DNA from: Eledone cirrhosa
Lineage: Eukaryota
Reading direction: 5' to 3'
Length of the DNA stretch: 64,000 bases
Assembly (NCBI GenBank): GCA_964016885.1
Contig: OZ024749.1
Coordinates: 51,584,001 to 51,648,000 of the forward strand
Notes under the pieces: model-generated
Seen by the model: the letters and a program-made list of their open reading frames with translations, nothing else
Databases searched by the model: none
What the model was told of the DNA's origin: nothing
Position numbers and translations under genes: made by a program
In this document: positions 52,752 through 64,000 of the stretch, in pieces
Numbering within the stretch: the first letter of the stretch is position 1
How the letters are laid out: each line of letters starts with the position of its first letter

Positions 52752-55340
52752 GTGCCAAACGTAGAAACCATTATTATGAAGGCAGGTAATGTTAAAAATA
52801 ACAACACAGATTTAACACAGAAGTTTATTTATTTTCACTACCAATTGTTAAGACAATTTAAACCCTAACCTTGCGGAAAGGGGGTGGGGGTCTATTTTAC
52901 CGGGTCCGGTAAAATAAGCTTAAAAAGCATGTTTGTTTATTTTATCGCGACCGACAAAATAGCCTATTCGAATGGCCTAGTGGTTAGGGTATTGGGCTGA
53001 CGATCACAAGGTCGTGAGTTCGATTCCTGGACTGGGCGACGCGTTGTGCACTTTTCCCCCCACACAAAATATATGATTTTGTGACTCTGTTAAAAATATT
53101 TATTATGATAAACAATATAAAAAACCTGTCGGCTATTAATCGAATCTCCACATTATAACTGATCAGGATAAAAATAAGATGTTCAGTGTTTTCATTTTAT
53201 ATTGATTTAACCTCAGAGAGTAAGTAGAGAGATGTTTACGAAAACCAAGTTGGGATAGGTGAAAACAATTCAAACCATGAATAATTTCTATATTTTTTTA
53301 AGAGGAGTATATACAATATTTTCTAAATTTGGAAGACACGATCAGACCTTTTAAAGATAAACGAAAATAACTTTAGTTAGTTTGAGACAAATATGCAATA
53401 TTCCAGTTGATAACGAGAGTGTAATAAAACGAGAAGCAAAAAATAAATAAAACAGTGAGATATATAATTTTTTAAGAACGTCAGAAGCAGGTTTTTTGTT
53501 GAAGAGAAAGTTCAGGGTGGTTTTAAAAAAATTTATATCATTTGAGATGTAAATATCTTAGGAACTACCAAGTCTAGGATGATGAGACTGAACAGGCTTA
53601 ATGTTGAGTAATATAAGATTATGTTACTCAACAGGCGGGGAATTGGCAGATTCGTTTGAACGTTGTATAAAATGTTTTGTAGTATTCGTTTCGGCTCTCT
53701 GTTATTTGAGTTCAAATCCCACCGAGGTCAACTTTGCCTTTCATCCATTCGAGGTCGATAAAAAGTACCAGTCTAATACTGGGGTTGATTCTTCTTCTAT
53801 ATGTCTTTCTCACTTCCATTCTTTCTCTGCAAGAAATCTACTGAATTCAAACCTGGGGAAGATTGGGCCTCACCAGGTTTTAAAAATGCCCTAGAAAGGT
53901 CGTGTGTTAATACGGCTTTCATCCCGCGGACGTCCCATCAGCCCAACACAAACGGGATGGCATCCAGTGCGATAAAGTCCCAGAACAGTCTTATGCACTT
54001 GGGTTGTGAGCCCCAGACTGGCATGTTTCAGGTCTGCCTTTTAGTCCTACATCAGTGAAGTTCGCAAACTGGCAAAACGTCGGGTTATTTTCGATAGGTG
54101 TTTTTTGTCAAAGCAGTAGAAATATTTAGCAGCCTAGGATTTTTAATCGCTTCTCCACTTACTTTGATCAGGAACTGACCCTCCCCACCCCGTAAGAACG
54201 AGACCTATGAGATTGACTGGTTCTTTCAGCACATGTTCCTCTCCATCTTTCCGAGTAACATATTTGCCATTTTGTCCGCCGGGTTCTTGGAACATTTTTG
54301 CACGATATATTGTGATCTCTTTTGTTTTGTAAAACAAGTTTAATTTTCATAACTTAGACGAAGCAAAAATCCTATTTTTGATCAATCTTAGTAAACATGG
54401 TAAGTATTGTTATCGTTTCTCCTTGGTTAACTCTATTCCTTTCCTTATTGAATACCTTTTCGAAACAACCCAATATATATATGTAATAACTTCAGGCCAA
54501 TGATTTTTCACACCATTTAACATAGGTGCCATTGAAATAATTAAACACTTAATTGGTTTTACCTGCTTTAAGTTGAACAGAACGAAATAAATCTTCCCAC
54601 GAAGATCGATAGATATCATACTACGTTACTGATTATTATAGTTTAATTTGCTCCAGGTAAGAATGAAAATTTCTTTTTACGCACGTTTACGGGCAAAAGA
54701 TAAATATTCTTTGATTAGTTCTGTGAAACAATTTAACTTTAACTTAACTACAGTTATACACATATCTTTCACACGAAAGTATCTTTACAATGTATTGAGG
54801 TAAAATTGTTCATTAAATTTGATTACTGATGCGGTTTATGATGTCTCTATTTAATACTAAAACTAATACCCAGAGGTGTTATGTAAGTGCTTGAGAATAA
54901 CCGTACGAGTCAAGACGCGTACTTAAAAGTATTTCCCCATAAGGTGGGGGAGGAATGGGTGGATGGTAGGGAAGGGTTTTGATTATAAGGAATATTTTGG
55001 GAGGGCCATGTTGTTATAATACTGTCAGAAATATATAGTAAAACAACTCACTGTTTGGTTTGGGTTGCTTTTTGCTTCAGTATATTTTATATTTCTATAA
55101 TTAATTCAGCTGGCAATCAATGTTTATCATTGATTGACCAACAGTTACAATATAGATATAAATATACTTTCTCAGAGTTCTTTCATCACACATCTGTGAC
55201 ATCATCAGATGTCACAGGTGAATATTATCACTTGCCAGAAACTAAGAACGTTACAGTCAGAACAATCTGATATTTCAATTGTTTTGTTTTGTTTTGTTTT
55301 GTTTTAAAGGAAATATTTGGATTTTTTGGGGGGAAAGCTG

Positions 55341-55599
55341 CGGTACCATATCTATGGATATAGTACCATATACGGTACCATATCTATGGATATGGTACCA
55401 TATCTATAGATATGGTACCATATACGGTACCATATCTATGGATATGGTACCATATACGGTACCATATCTATGGATATGGTACCATATCTATAGATATAGT
55501 ACCATATACGGTACCATATCTATGGATATGGTACCATATGCGGTACCATATCTATGGATATGGTACCATATGCGGTACCATATCTATGGATATGGTACC
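55341..55599. repeat. Tandem array built from palindromes (ATATGGTACCATAT, ATATCTATAGATAT)
   Basis: Directly visible; many GGTACC sites. Confidence 0.9.
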
Positions 55600-56956
55600 C
55601 CAGCTTAAGTAAACATGAATAAGTTCTAACGTAAGAAAACTCTAAACTCCACATAGAAACCCCCAGTCGTTCTAAATGATGCTGGGTAACCCTACCGGAT
55701 ATTATTCGGAACTATGGATTTGAGGTTTCTTTATTAATAGTACCAGATCCATTCCACAAACCTACCTTATCAACTTAGATGTATTGAATATAATGGTTTC
55801 TGCAAAGCATGTTGTCCGACACTCTACCGATGCTGTCAATCTGTTGCCTCTTTAATGGTTTCTCATTTAGACATAAGGCCAGCAATTCTTTTGGATGAGG
55901 ATGGGAAAGTCGTTACTGGTACTTTATTCTATCGACCCCGTAAGGATAAAAGGCAAAGCTAATCTCAGCGGGATTTGAACTCAGGCCGCAAAGTACATTG
56001 TCCGACGCTCTGCCAATCCACTGCCTTCATAATAATTATAATAATACATCTAAACAGAAATTGGAAGCTGGTGTAAAAGTGATAAGGAAACGTTTATGGA
56101 ATAAGAAAACAAGTTCACAATTACATAAGTGGCCCAATACACTGAAGTGACAAACAGAAACTGTTTTCTTCTACGTTTATCGATTAACAGAGAGTAATAG
56201 AAAAATTTAGAATACAGAAACTTAATCATTGCTCCAGAGAATTGTTCTGTTTTGTTATTGAAAAGTTTTAAAATGTAATTTAAGCAATATGTTGCAATGG
56301 CGTCACACCATTCTCAGGCGATAGTTACTCACGAAAATAAAATAAAATAAAATATATATTAAATAAAAATTTTTAAAATATGCAAATCTCTAGGAGGGCC
56401 AACCGAAATCTTGTTTTTTTGAAAAAAATTTCTTGTAAACATCTAATTGCAAGAGTGTAACTATAATATAGAGTTAATGCTATAACTTTTTAAATAATTC
56501 TAAAAAAATATATTTGTAGGCTTGTTGGGCGTTCTTTAGTTTTAAGCAGACATTGTGTGTCACGTGTCACTGAATTTCGGCAATATCCGGCAGTCGTCGT
56601 ACATAATCGGGCAATGAAATTAATAATGATTTCTTATATAGGCACAAGGCCAGTAATTTGGGGGAGGGGGAAGTCGATTAAATCGACCCCAGTATGTCAC
56701 TGGTACTTTATTTCATCGACCTCGTGAGGATGAAAGGCAAAGTTAACCTCGGCGGGATTTGAACTCAGAACGCAAAGGGCCATAACTTTATGGTGATTGT
56801 AATGATGACGTCAACAATGAAATGGCGACCATGCCGAGCAATAACAATGACAGCATCGACACAACGATGACGATGATGATGATAATGATGCTGGACGGGC
56901 ACTAAGATAATAATGATAATAGTGATGACAAACCATTCTTGTTGAAACATAAAGAG

Positions 56957-56993
<37 letters not shown>

Positions 56994-57292
56994 TATTAAA
57001 TTATAGAGTGTTACCTGAGTTTTCAACCTAATCAAATGTTATGAATAACCAATATAACTAATTAGTGACAGTTAATGTTCTACTATAGAATTCTATAAAG
57101 TGTTTGATGTTAACATTTTTACATTTGCCAATTATTTGATATTATAATCAACGTTAGTCTATGAAAATGTTTCATTAGATTCTTATAATTATAGCATGAA
57201 AAGTTCTGCGACTATTGTTATCCCCTTCTAAATGTTCAATAACTTTGCTATGCAAAATATGCCAGAAGCATTATTTCGACATAAAATACGAC

Positions 57293-58510
57293 AAATGTAT
57301 GGATGTCTAAAGTTATATACTTGACAATATCTCTTCTAAATGTATGGATGTCTAAAGTTATATACTGGACAATATCTCTTCTAAATGTATGGATGTCTAA
57401 AGTTATATACTGGACAATATCTCTTCTAAATGTATGGATGTCTAAAGTTATATACTGGACAATATCTCTTCTAAATGTATGGATGTCTAAAGTTATATAC
57501 TGGACAATATCTCTTCTAAATGTATGGATGTCTAAAGTTATATACTGGACAATATCTCTTCTAAATGTATGGATGTCTAAAGTTATATACTGGACAATAT
57601 CTCTTCTAAATGTATGGATGTCTAAAGTTATATACTGGACAATATCTCTTCTAAATGTATGGATGTCTAAAGTTATACTTGACAATATCTCTTCTAAATG
57701 TATGGATGTCTAAAGTTATACTTGACAATATCTCTTCTAAATGTATGGATGTCTAAAGTTATACTTGACAATATCTCTTCTAAATGTATGGATGTCTAAA
57801 GTTATACTTGACAATATCTCTTCTAAATGTATGGATGTCTAAAGTTATATACTGGACAATATCTCTTCTAAATGTATGGATGTCTAAAGTTATATACTGG
57901 ACAATATCTCTTCTAAATGTATGGATGTCTAAAGTTATATACTGGACAATATCTCTTCTAAATGTATGGATGTCTAAAGTTATACTTGACAATATCTCTT
58001 CTAAATGTATGGATGTCTAAAGTTATACTTGACAATATCTCTTCTAAATGTATGGATGTCTAAAGTTATACTTGACAATATCTCTTCTAAATGTATGGAT
58101 GTCTAAAGTTATATACTGGACAATATCTCTTCTAAATGTATGGATGTCTAAAGTTATATACTGGACAATATCTCTTCTAAATGTATGGATGTCTAAAGTT
58201 ATATACTGGACAATATCTCTTCTAAATGTATGGATGTCTAAAGTTATATACTGGACAATATCTCTTCTAAATGTATGGATGTCTAAAGTTATGTACTTGA
58301 CAATATCTCTTGTAAATGTATGGATGTCTAAAGTTATATACTGGACAATATCTCTTCTAAATGTATGGATGTCTAAAGTTATATACTGGACAATATCTCT
58401 TCTAAATGTATGGATGTCTAAAGTTATATACTTGACAAAATCTCTTCTAAATGTATGGATGTCTAAAGTTATATACTTGACAAAATCTCTTCTAAATGTA
58501 TGGATGTCTA
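57293..58510. repeat. 45/43-bp minisatellite (AAATGTATGGATGTCTAAAGTTATATACTGGACAATATCTCTTCT)n, ~27 copies
   Basis: 15-aa periodicity in the ORF track; near-identical units. Confidence 0.97.
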
Positions 58511-58604
58511 GTTGTTGATTGTTTATTTATTTATTTTATTTATTATTTATTTATTAATTAACGATGTAAAATTGATTTTCTGTTTTTCATTTTCTTTTCC
58601 TTTG

Positions 58605-59390
58605 CCACCTATACTGCCACCACCACTTCACCACCACTACTGCCACCACCACTTCACCACCACTACCTCACCACCACTTCACCACCACTACCATCATCAT
58701 TATCGCACTGCCATTACCACCTCCACCACCTTCACCACCTCACCACCACTACCACCACCACTACCATCATCACCACTTCACCACCGCCACCTCTCCACCA
58801 CTTCACCACCGCCACCTCACCACCACTTCACCACCGCCACCTAACCACCACTACCATCATCACCACTTCACCACCGCCACCTCACCATCACTTCACCACC
58901 GCCACCTCACCACCACTTCACCACTACTACCATCATTATCTCACTACCATCACCACTTTCACCACCACCTTCACCACCACTTTCACCACTTCCACAATCT
59001 TCACCACTAGCATCATCACCATCTCTCCACCACCACTATCATCGCCATCTCACTGCCATCACCACCTCACCGCCACCTCATCATCACCACTACCATCATC
59101 ACCATCACCACAATCTAGACCACCACCAACATCGCCACTACTACCTCACCACCACCACCGCCATCACCACAATCACCACCATCACCACCACTTCACCACC
59201 GCCACCACCACCTCACCGCTACCATCACCACCACTTCACCACGACGACCACCACCACCTCATCACCACCACTACTAAAACCATCACCACCTCACCACAAC
59301 CGCCATCACCCCACCAGCGCCACCACCTCACCACAACCACCACCACCACCACCACCACCCCACCTCACCATTATCACCACCTCACCACCA
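58605..59390. repeat. Degenerate (CAC)n-rich tract
   Basis: Directly visible. Confidence 0.95.
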
Positions 59391-59940
59391 TTTAATTAGT
59401 TTGTTTATCCATCAATTTATCAAGATGTATTTATTAAAATATACGTACATCCCTAATGCACTTACTTGCCAACATCATAAATAACCACCATTGAATTCTT
59501 GTAGATAGTCAAAGAAAATCCTTGGTCATGATTGAAGGTATGTAAAGCGCTAGAACGCCGATGGAGATAACGTGTTTAATTTTGACATCACATACTTCTG
59601 ATGTCAACTTTACTTTTCATCTTTATGGTCACATTTAATCGTTAAAATAAGTATTTATTGTAAGTAATAATGATTTCGGATTTAGGCATGGAGATCAGTT
59701 AAATTGTTCATAGCTCATAGCGCCTATGAAAGGAAAAGTGTACTTAAGATGGAAGTCCCTATTATAAATATATGTGCCACATATATTAGATATGAAATAT
59801 TATTAGTATAAATACATATTCTTTATTTTTAGTTTACGAGTTGAATATTTTTGTCTTTTAGATATAACAAAGATATATTATTTCGTTTCTGAATTTGCTT
59901 AGCAAGATTCTTTATCTGAAATCGTGTGTTGAAACCGATA

Positions 59941-60344
59941 TTGTTATACTTTGGGAGGGTCATGTTGCTAATAAGAAACACACGCACCAGTTGCTTTCAC
60001 TTCAATTTATTATAATAAATTTATAAATTTCTGGTTGGTTGGTTGGTTCCACAACCAGATAGTTGTTTATATATTGTCATAGTTCTTTCGTCACACATTC
60101 TCAAAATGGCGTAGGACAGAACAAAGGAGAGGCACAGAAACAAAGAAAGGAACCCCCAGTCACTGAAGAGGTCACAGAGTGTGTGACGAAAGAACTATGA
60201 CAATATATAAACAACTATCTGGTTGTGGAATCAACCAACCAACCAGCCAACCAGAAATTTATAAATTTATTATAATAAATTGAAGTGAAAGCAACTGGTG
60301 CGTGTGTTTCTTATTGGCAACATGACCCTCCCAAAGTATAACAA
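59941..60344. repeat. Long inverted repeat (~160-bp arms) with hammerhead-like core; probable Penelope pseudo-LTR insertion
   Basis: Arms ~59941-60101 / ~60177-60344; GTCA-CTGAAGA-GGTCACA...TGTGAC-GAAA-GAACTA-TGAC at 60159-60201. Confidence 0.8.
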
Positions 60345-60500
60345 AGATATATTATTTATATCTAACAGAGGTGATATGTATGTATCTATGTATGTATGTA
60401 GTTGATGGACGAGAGAAAAAGTACTCAATACTGAAGTAGAATTTAAATATTCATTTTTGTTTTGTCTGATGATCCTGAGAGTGCGCAGGTGAAACTCCAG

Positions 60501-60549
<49 letters not shown>

Positions 60550-61820
60550 AGGTTTCGGTGGAGTTAAGCGACCGAAAGTAAGAGACTCATCCTCCTGGAC
60601 AGGACGCCAGTTTATCCCAGGATTAAACCCCAGCTATTGCTGCTGGTATTCATTTTCATCTGAGTATAGTGGAAATGAAGTGTTTTGTTCAAGGACACAA
60701 CACACAACCTAGCCCAGGAATCGAACCTATGATATTATGATCGTAAGTCCAACACCTTAACCCCTGGAGCGACATGAAATAAAGGGTTTTGTTCAAGAAC
60801 ATAACACACATACCAATAATTCATAATTCAATCCTGTTTAAAAGGGTTAAAACAATATTTTCATTATATAAAATCATATGAATATTTCCTATAAATCTTT
60901 CAGTATTAAATACATTTCTTTCTTAGCTTCGTTTGCCGAGTTAATACACAATAGATATTTAGTTAACTTTCCGGCGATGTTGCTGGTTCGAGATAAAAAC
61001 AAAATAAGCCAAGCAGAACACATTTATATCCGTCGTATCATCCCTCCACATCTACCGCTAATAGTAATTATTGAAAGTAGAAGCCTGGAATTAAACGTTA
61101 ATTAAAACAAGTTTCTTTGATAGCTTTGTTAATAGCCATGTTTAATCGTGCTTCTAATTATAGGCAAGAGAATATTGTGAACTCGAAAGTTGTAGGATAA
61201 GAAACGAAATTGTTTCAGTAATCACATATTCTTAAAGGTTTTCTTTTTGTTGCTGTTGTTGTTGCTGTTGGCGGTGGTGTTGGTGGTAGTGGTGGTGGTG
61301 GTGTCTGTGCGTGTGTGTGTGTGTGTGTGGGGGGGGGGTTATTTCTTCTAGAAATTACCTGGGGAATCGTAAAGAAGAAGACAATCATAAAGATAATGGA
61401 AACATAAAGAAAGAAAAAGAAGGCGAAGAAAATTAAAAAGAAGTAGAAGATAAAGAAGAGGAAAAAGAAAACGAAGAAGAAAATCTACGAGACATGGAGA
61501 AGAAGAAAAAGAAGTAAAATAGAGGAAGAGATGTAGAAGATAAAGAAGAAAAAATAAACAACGATCAAGAAAATGAAAAAGAAATGTGTGTTACGTAAAC
61601 AAGTTATTATAACATCTTAATTAGAGAGGTACAATTGACGTGGAGTGCTTAAGATGGCTTACACACTACTTTGTCGTGAGCAGTGATAAAATATAACACT
61701 GACAATCAACTAACGTTGATATTAAGACAACTACACATACACACACATACATAAATATACACACATATACATAAATACACACACACATACATAAATATAC
61801 ACACACACATAAATATACAT

Positions 61821-61852
<32 letters not shown>

Positions 61853-62396
61853 CACACACATATACATAAATACACACAGACACACAGACACATAAATATA
61901 CATATATATATATATATATACACACATACACACACACATAAATATACATATATATATATATACACACACTCACACAGACACACACACAGACACACACACA
62001 CATAAATATACATATATATATATACACACATACACACACATAAATATACATATATATATATATATACACAGACACACACACACATAAATATACATATATA
62101 TATAAGTGAAGGGTAAATCTATACAACCGGAAATATTTTGACAATATTTCGGATATCGAGTGCTTCTGTCTATTAAAATGTTATTTCATTCCGTCAGAAT
62201 AAGGTTAATAAACAAAGCAATAGAGATTACCCTTATCTTTTTACAAGTTAAATAAGACAGGAAATATTTTGTGATTTATCTAAAACACATCGTAGTTCTA
62301 ACAATGAGATAAATAACGTATAACACAACACTTGTTATTTCCTCTTGAAAATATTTATCTTGTATTCAATTCTACTCCAGAAAAATATAGATATCA

Positions 62397-63180
62397 TTCT
62401 CCGAATTGAGAGATCACAGCTCTGATACTATGGACATGTGGTTAGAATGTCTCAAGAAAGAATCGCTGGTCAGATTTGTAGCTCGGAGATCAGAGAGTCA
62501 CTCCAGGTAGAGCCACTACTTCGCTACTTCTCCGAATTGAGAGATCATAGCTCTGATACTATGGACATGTGGTTAGAATGTCTCAAGAAAGAATCGCTGG
62601 TCAGATTTGTAGCTCGGAGATCAGAGAGTCACTCCAGGTAGAGCCACTACTTCGCTACTTCTCCGAATTGAGAGATCATAGCTCTGATACTATGGACATG
62701 TGGTTAGAATGTCTCAAGAAAGAATCGCTGGTCAGATTTGTAGCTCGGAGATCAGAGAGTCACTCCAGGTAGAGCCACTACTTCGCTACTTCTCCGAATT
62801 GAGAGATCATAGCTCTGATACTATGGACATGTGGTTAGAATGTCTCAAGAAAGAATCGCTGGTCAGATTTGTAGCTCGGAGATCAGAGAGTCACTCCAGG
62901 TAGAGCCACTACTTCGCTACTTCTCCGAATTGAGAGATCATAGCTCTGATACTATGGACATGTGGTTAGAATGTCTCAAGAAAGAATCGCTGGTCAGATT
63001 TGTAGCTCGGAGATCAGAGAGTCACTCCAGGTAGAGCCACTACTTCGCTACTTCTCCGAATTGAGAGATCATAGCTCTGATACTATGGACATGTGGTTAG
63101 AATGTCTCAAGAAAGAATCGCTGGTCAGATTTTTAGCTCGGAGATCAGAGAGTCACTCCAGGTAGAGCTGCTACTTCTCC
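62397..63180 (+). repeat. 131-bp tandem repeat (~6 near-identical copies) derived from RTE LINE ORF2
   Basis: Near-identical ORFs every 131 bp; unit encodes IRESLQVEPLL..IERSQL*YYGHVVRMSQERIA. Confidence 0.95.
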
Positions 63181-63440
63181 GATTTGAGAGATCACAACTC
63201 TAATACTATGGGCATGAGGTTAGAATGTCTCGGGAAAGAATCGCTGGACAGATTTTCGGGAAAAACCAACCGACAGGAGACCCAGTGGTATACCCCGAGC
63301 AAGATGGTTGAATAACATCCATGTGCTTGGCTGGTCTCGCTTGTGGATCCAGTCGGATCAGTCGGAGACAGTTGCTCTGACACGACCCGCTGGAAAGAGT
63401 GTTTGAGGACTCTACCTAAAAAACCCTCTCAGGAATGAGT
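63180..63440 (+). mobile_element. RTE LINE 3' end continuing from the tandem array
   Basis: KPTDRRPSGIPRARWLNNI...RWKECLRTL across frameshifts. Confidence 0.75.
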
Positions 63441-63454
63441 GGGCGAAGAAGAAG

Positions 63455-63775
63455 GAGAATTCTTCAGAACATCTGTGGAGGAAGTGTTGTTGTATAGATC
63501 AGGTACATGGACCCTGACACGAGCCCTTGAGAAGAAGCTAAGTGGTGCATACGTTAAAACTAAAAGGCTTAGGGTTGTACGAAATATAAACTGGCGTCAA
63601 TGTATTACAGATGAAAGTTTATACGGAAACTTGCCCAAGATAACAACTACAATTGCTCAAAGACGGTTACGATTTGCAGGACATTGTTGGAGAAGTAAAT
63701 AGGAAGTTATACACAAGCTACTATTGTCGGAACCAACTCACAGGAGGCGCAGTAGACAAACCGGTAAAAGCATTA
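63455..63775 (+). mobile_element. RTE-X-like LINE ORF2 fragment
   Basis: FFRTSVEEVLLY...TWTLT...NINWRQCITDESLYG...IAQRRLRFAGHCWRS. Confidence 0.8.
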
Positions 63776-64000
63776 CCGTGGAGAATGTCTAGAGAAACCC
63801 GCTACAACAGCCAGCCCCACCCCACGGAGATCCCACCTTATGTGGACCGCCCTCTTTCCGACTTTACGGAGGAAATCAGCAGTGCGGGGACCAAAGACGC
63901 CAGATATCTCAACGGAGACTGCCTATATGTAGTGCTTTTTTCTACCTATTAGTTTTACTTGATTCCGCCAGACTAGGGTTAATAAACAAATAGAGATCTC

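Noticed and set aside
57293-58510. CRISPR-like array
   Set aside because: Head-to-tail units with no unique spacers, no cas genes, eukaryotic context. The same applies to 43582-44650 and 62397-63180.
62438-63165. Five tandem 67-aa 'genes'
   Set aside because: Artefact of the 131-bp LINE-derived repeat; the LINE frame carries a stop and a frameshift.

Overview
Eukaryotic, AT-rich, intron-rich nuclear DNA. The SINE families, (TA)n/(CA)n/(CAT)n tracts and RTE/Penelope debris point to an octopod cephalopod (inference from recalled repeat families, no search run). Three spliced genes were reconstructed by hand, with GT-AG junctions and a frame that stays open across all exons. (1) Mitochondrial elongation factor G1, GFM1 (+, 18 exons, 71-11478; probably 5'-truncated by the window). 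(2) A ~1433-aa USP deubiquitinase (-, 15 coding exons, 24989-13284) with USP32/USP6-like catalytic-domain features, a ~500-aa Ser-rich insertion and a variant RING-like finger inside the catalytic domain. (3) ASCC1 (+, 7 coding exons, 31327-37509), divergent from the USP gene. The last ~26 kb has no recognisable host gene and holds SINEs, RTE LINE ends, a Penelope RT fragment, long hairpin insertions with hammerhead-ribozyme-like cores, and several satellites, one amplified from LINE coding sequence. Top leads: the RING-in-USP architecture (possible DUB/E3 hybrid); a copy of the USP last intron/exon junction sitting between MITE copies in an ASCC1 intron; and the hairpin/hammerhead-like Penelope-type insertions.
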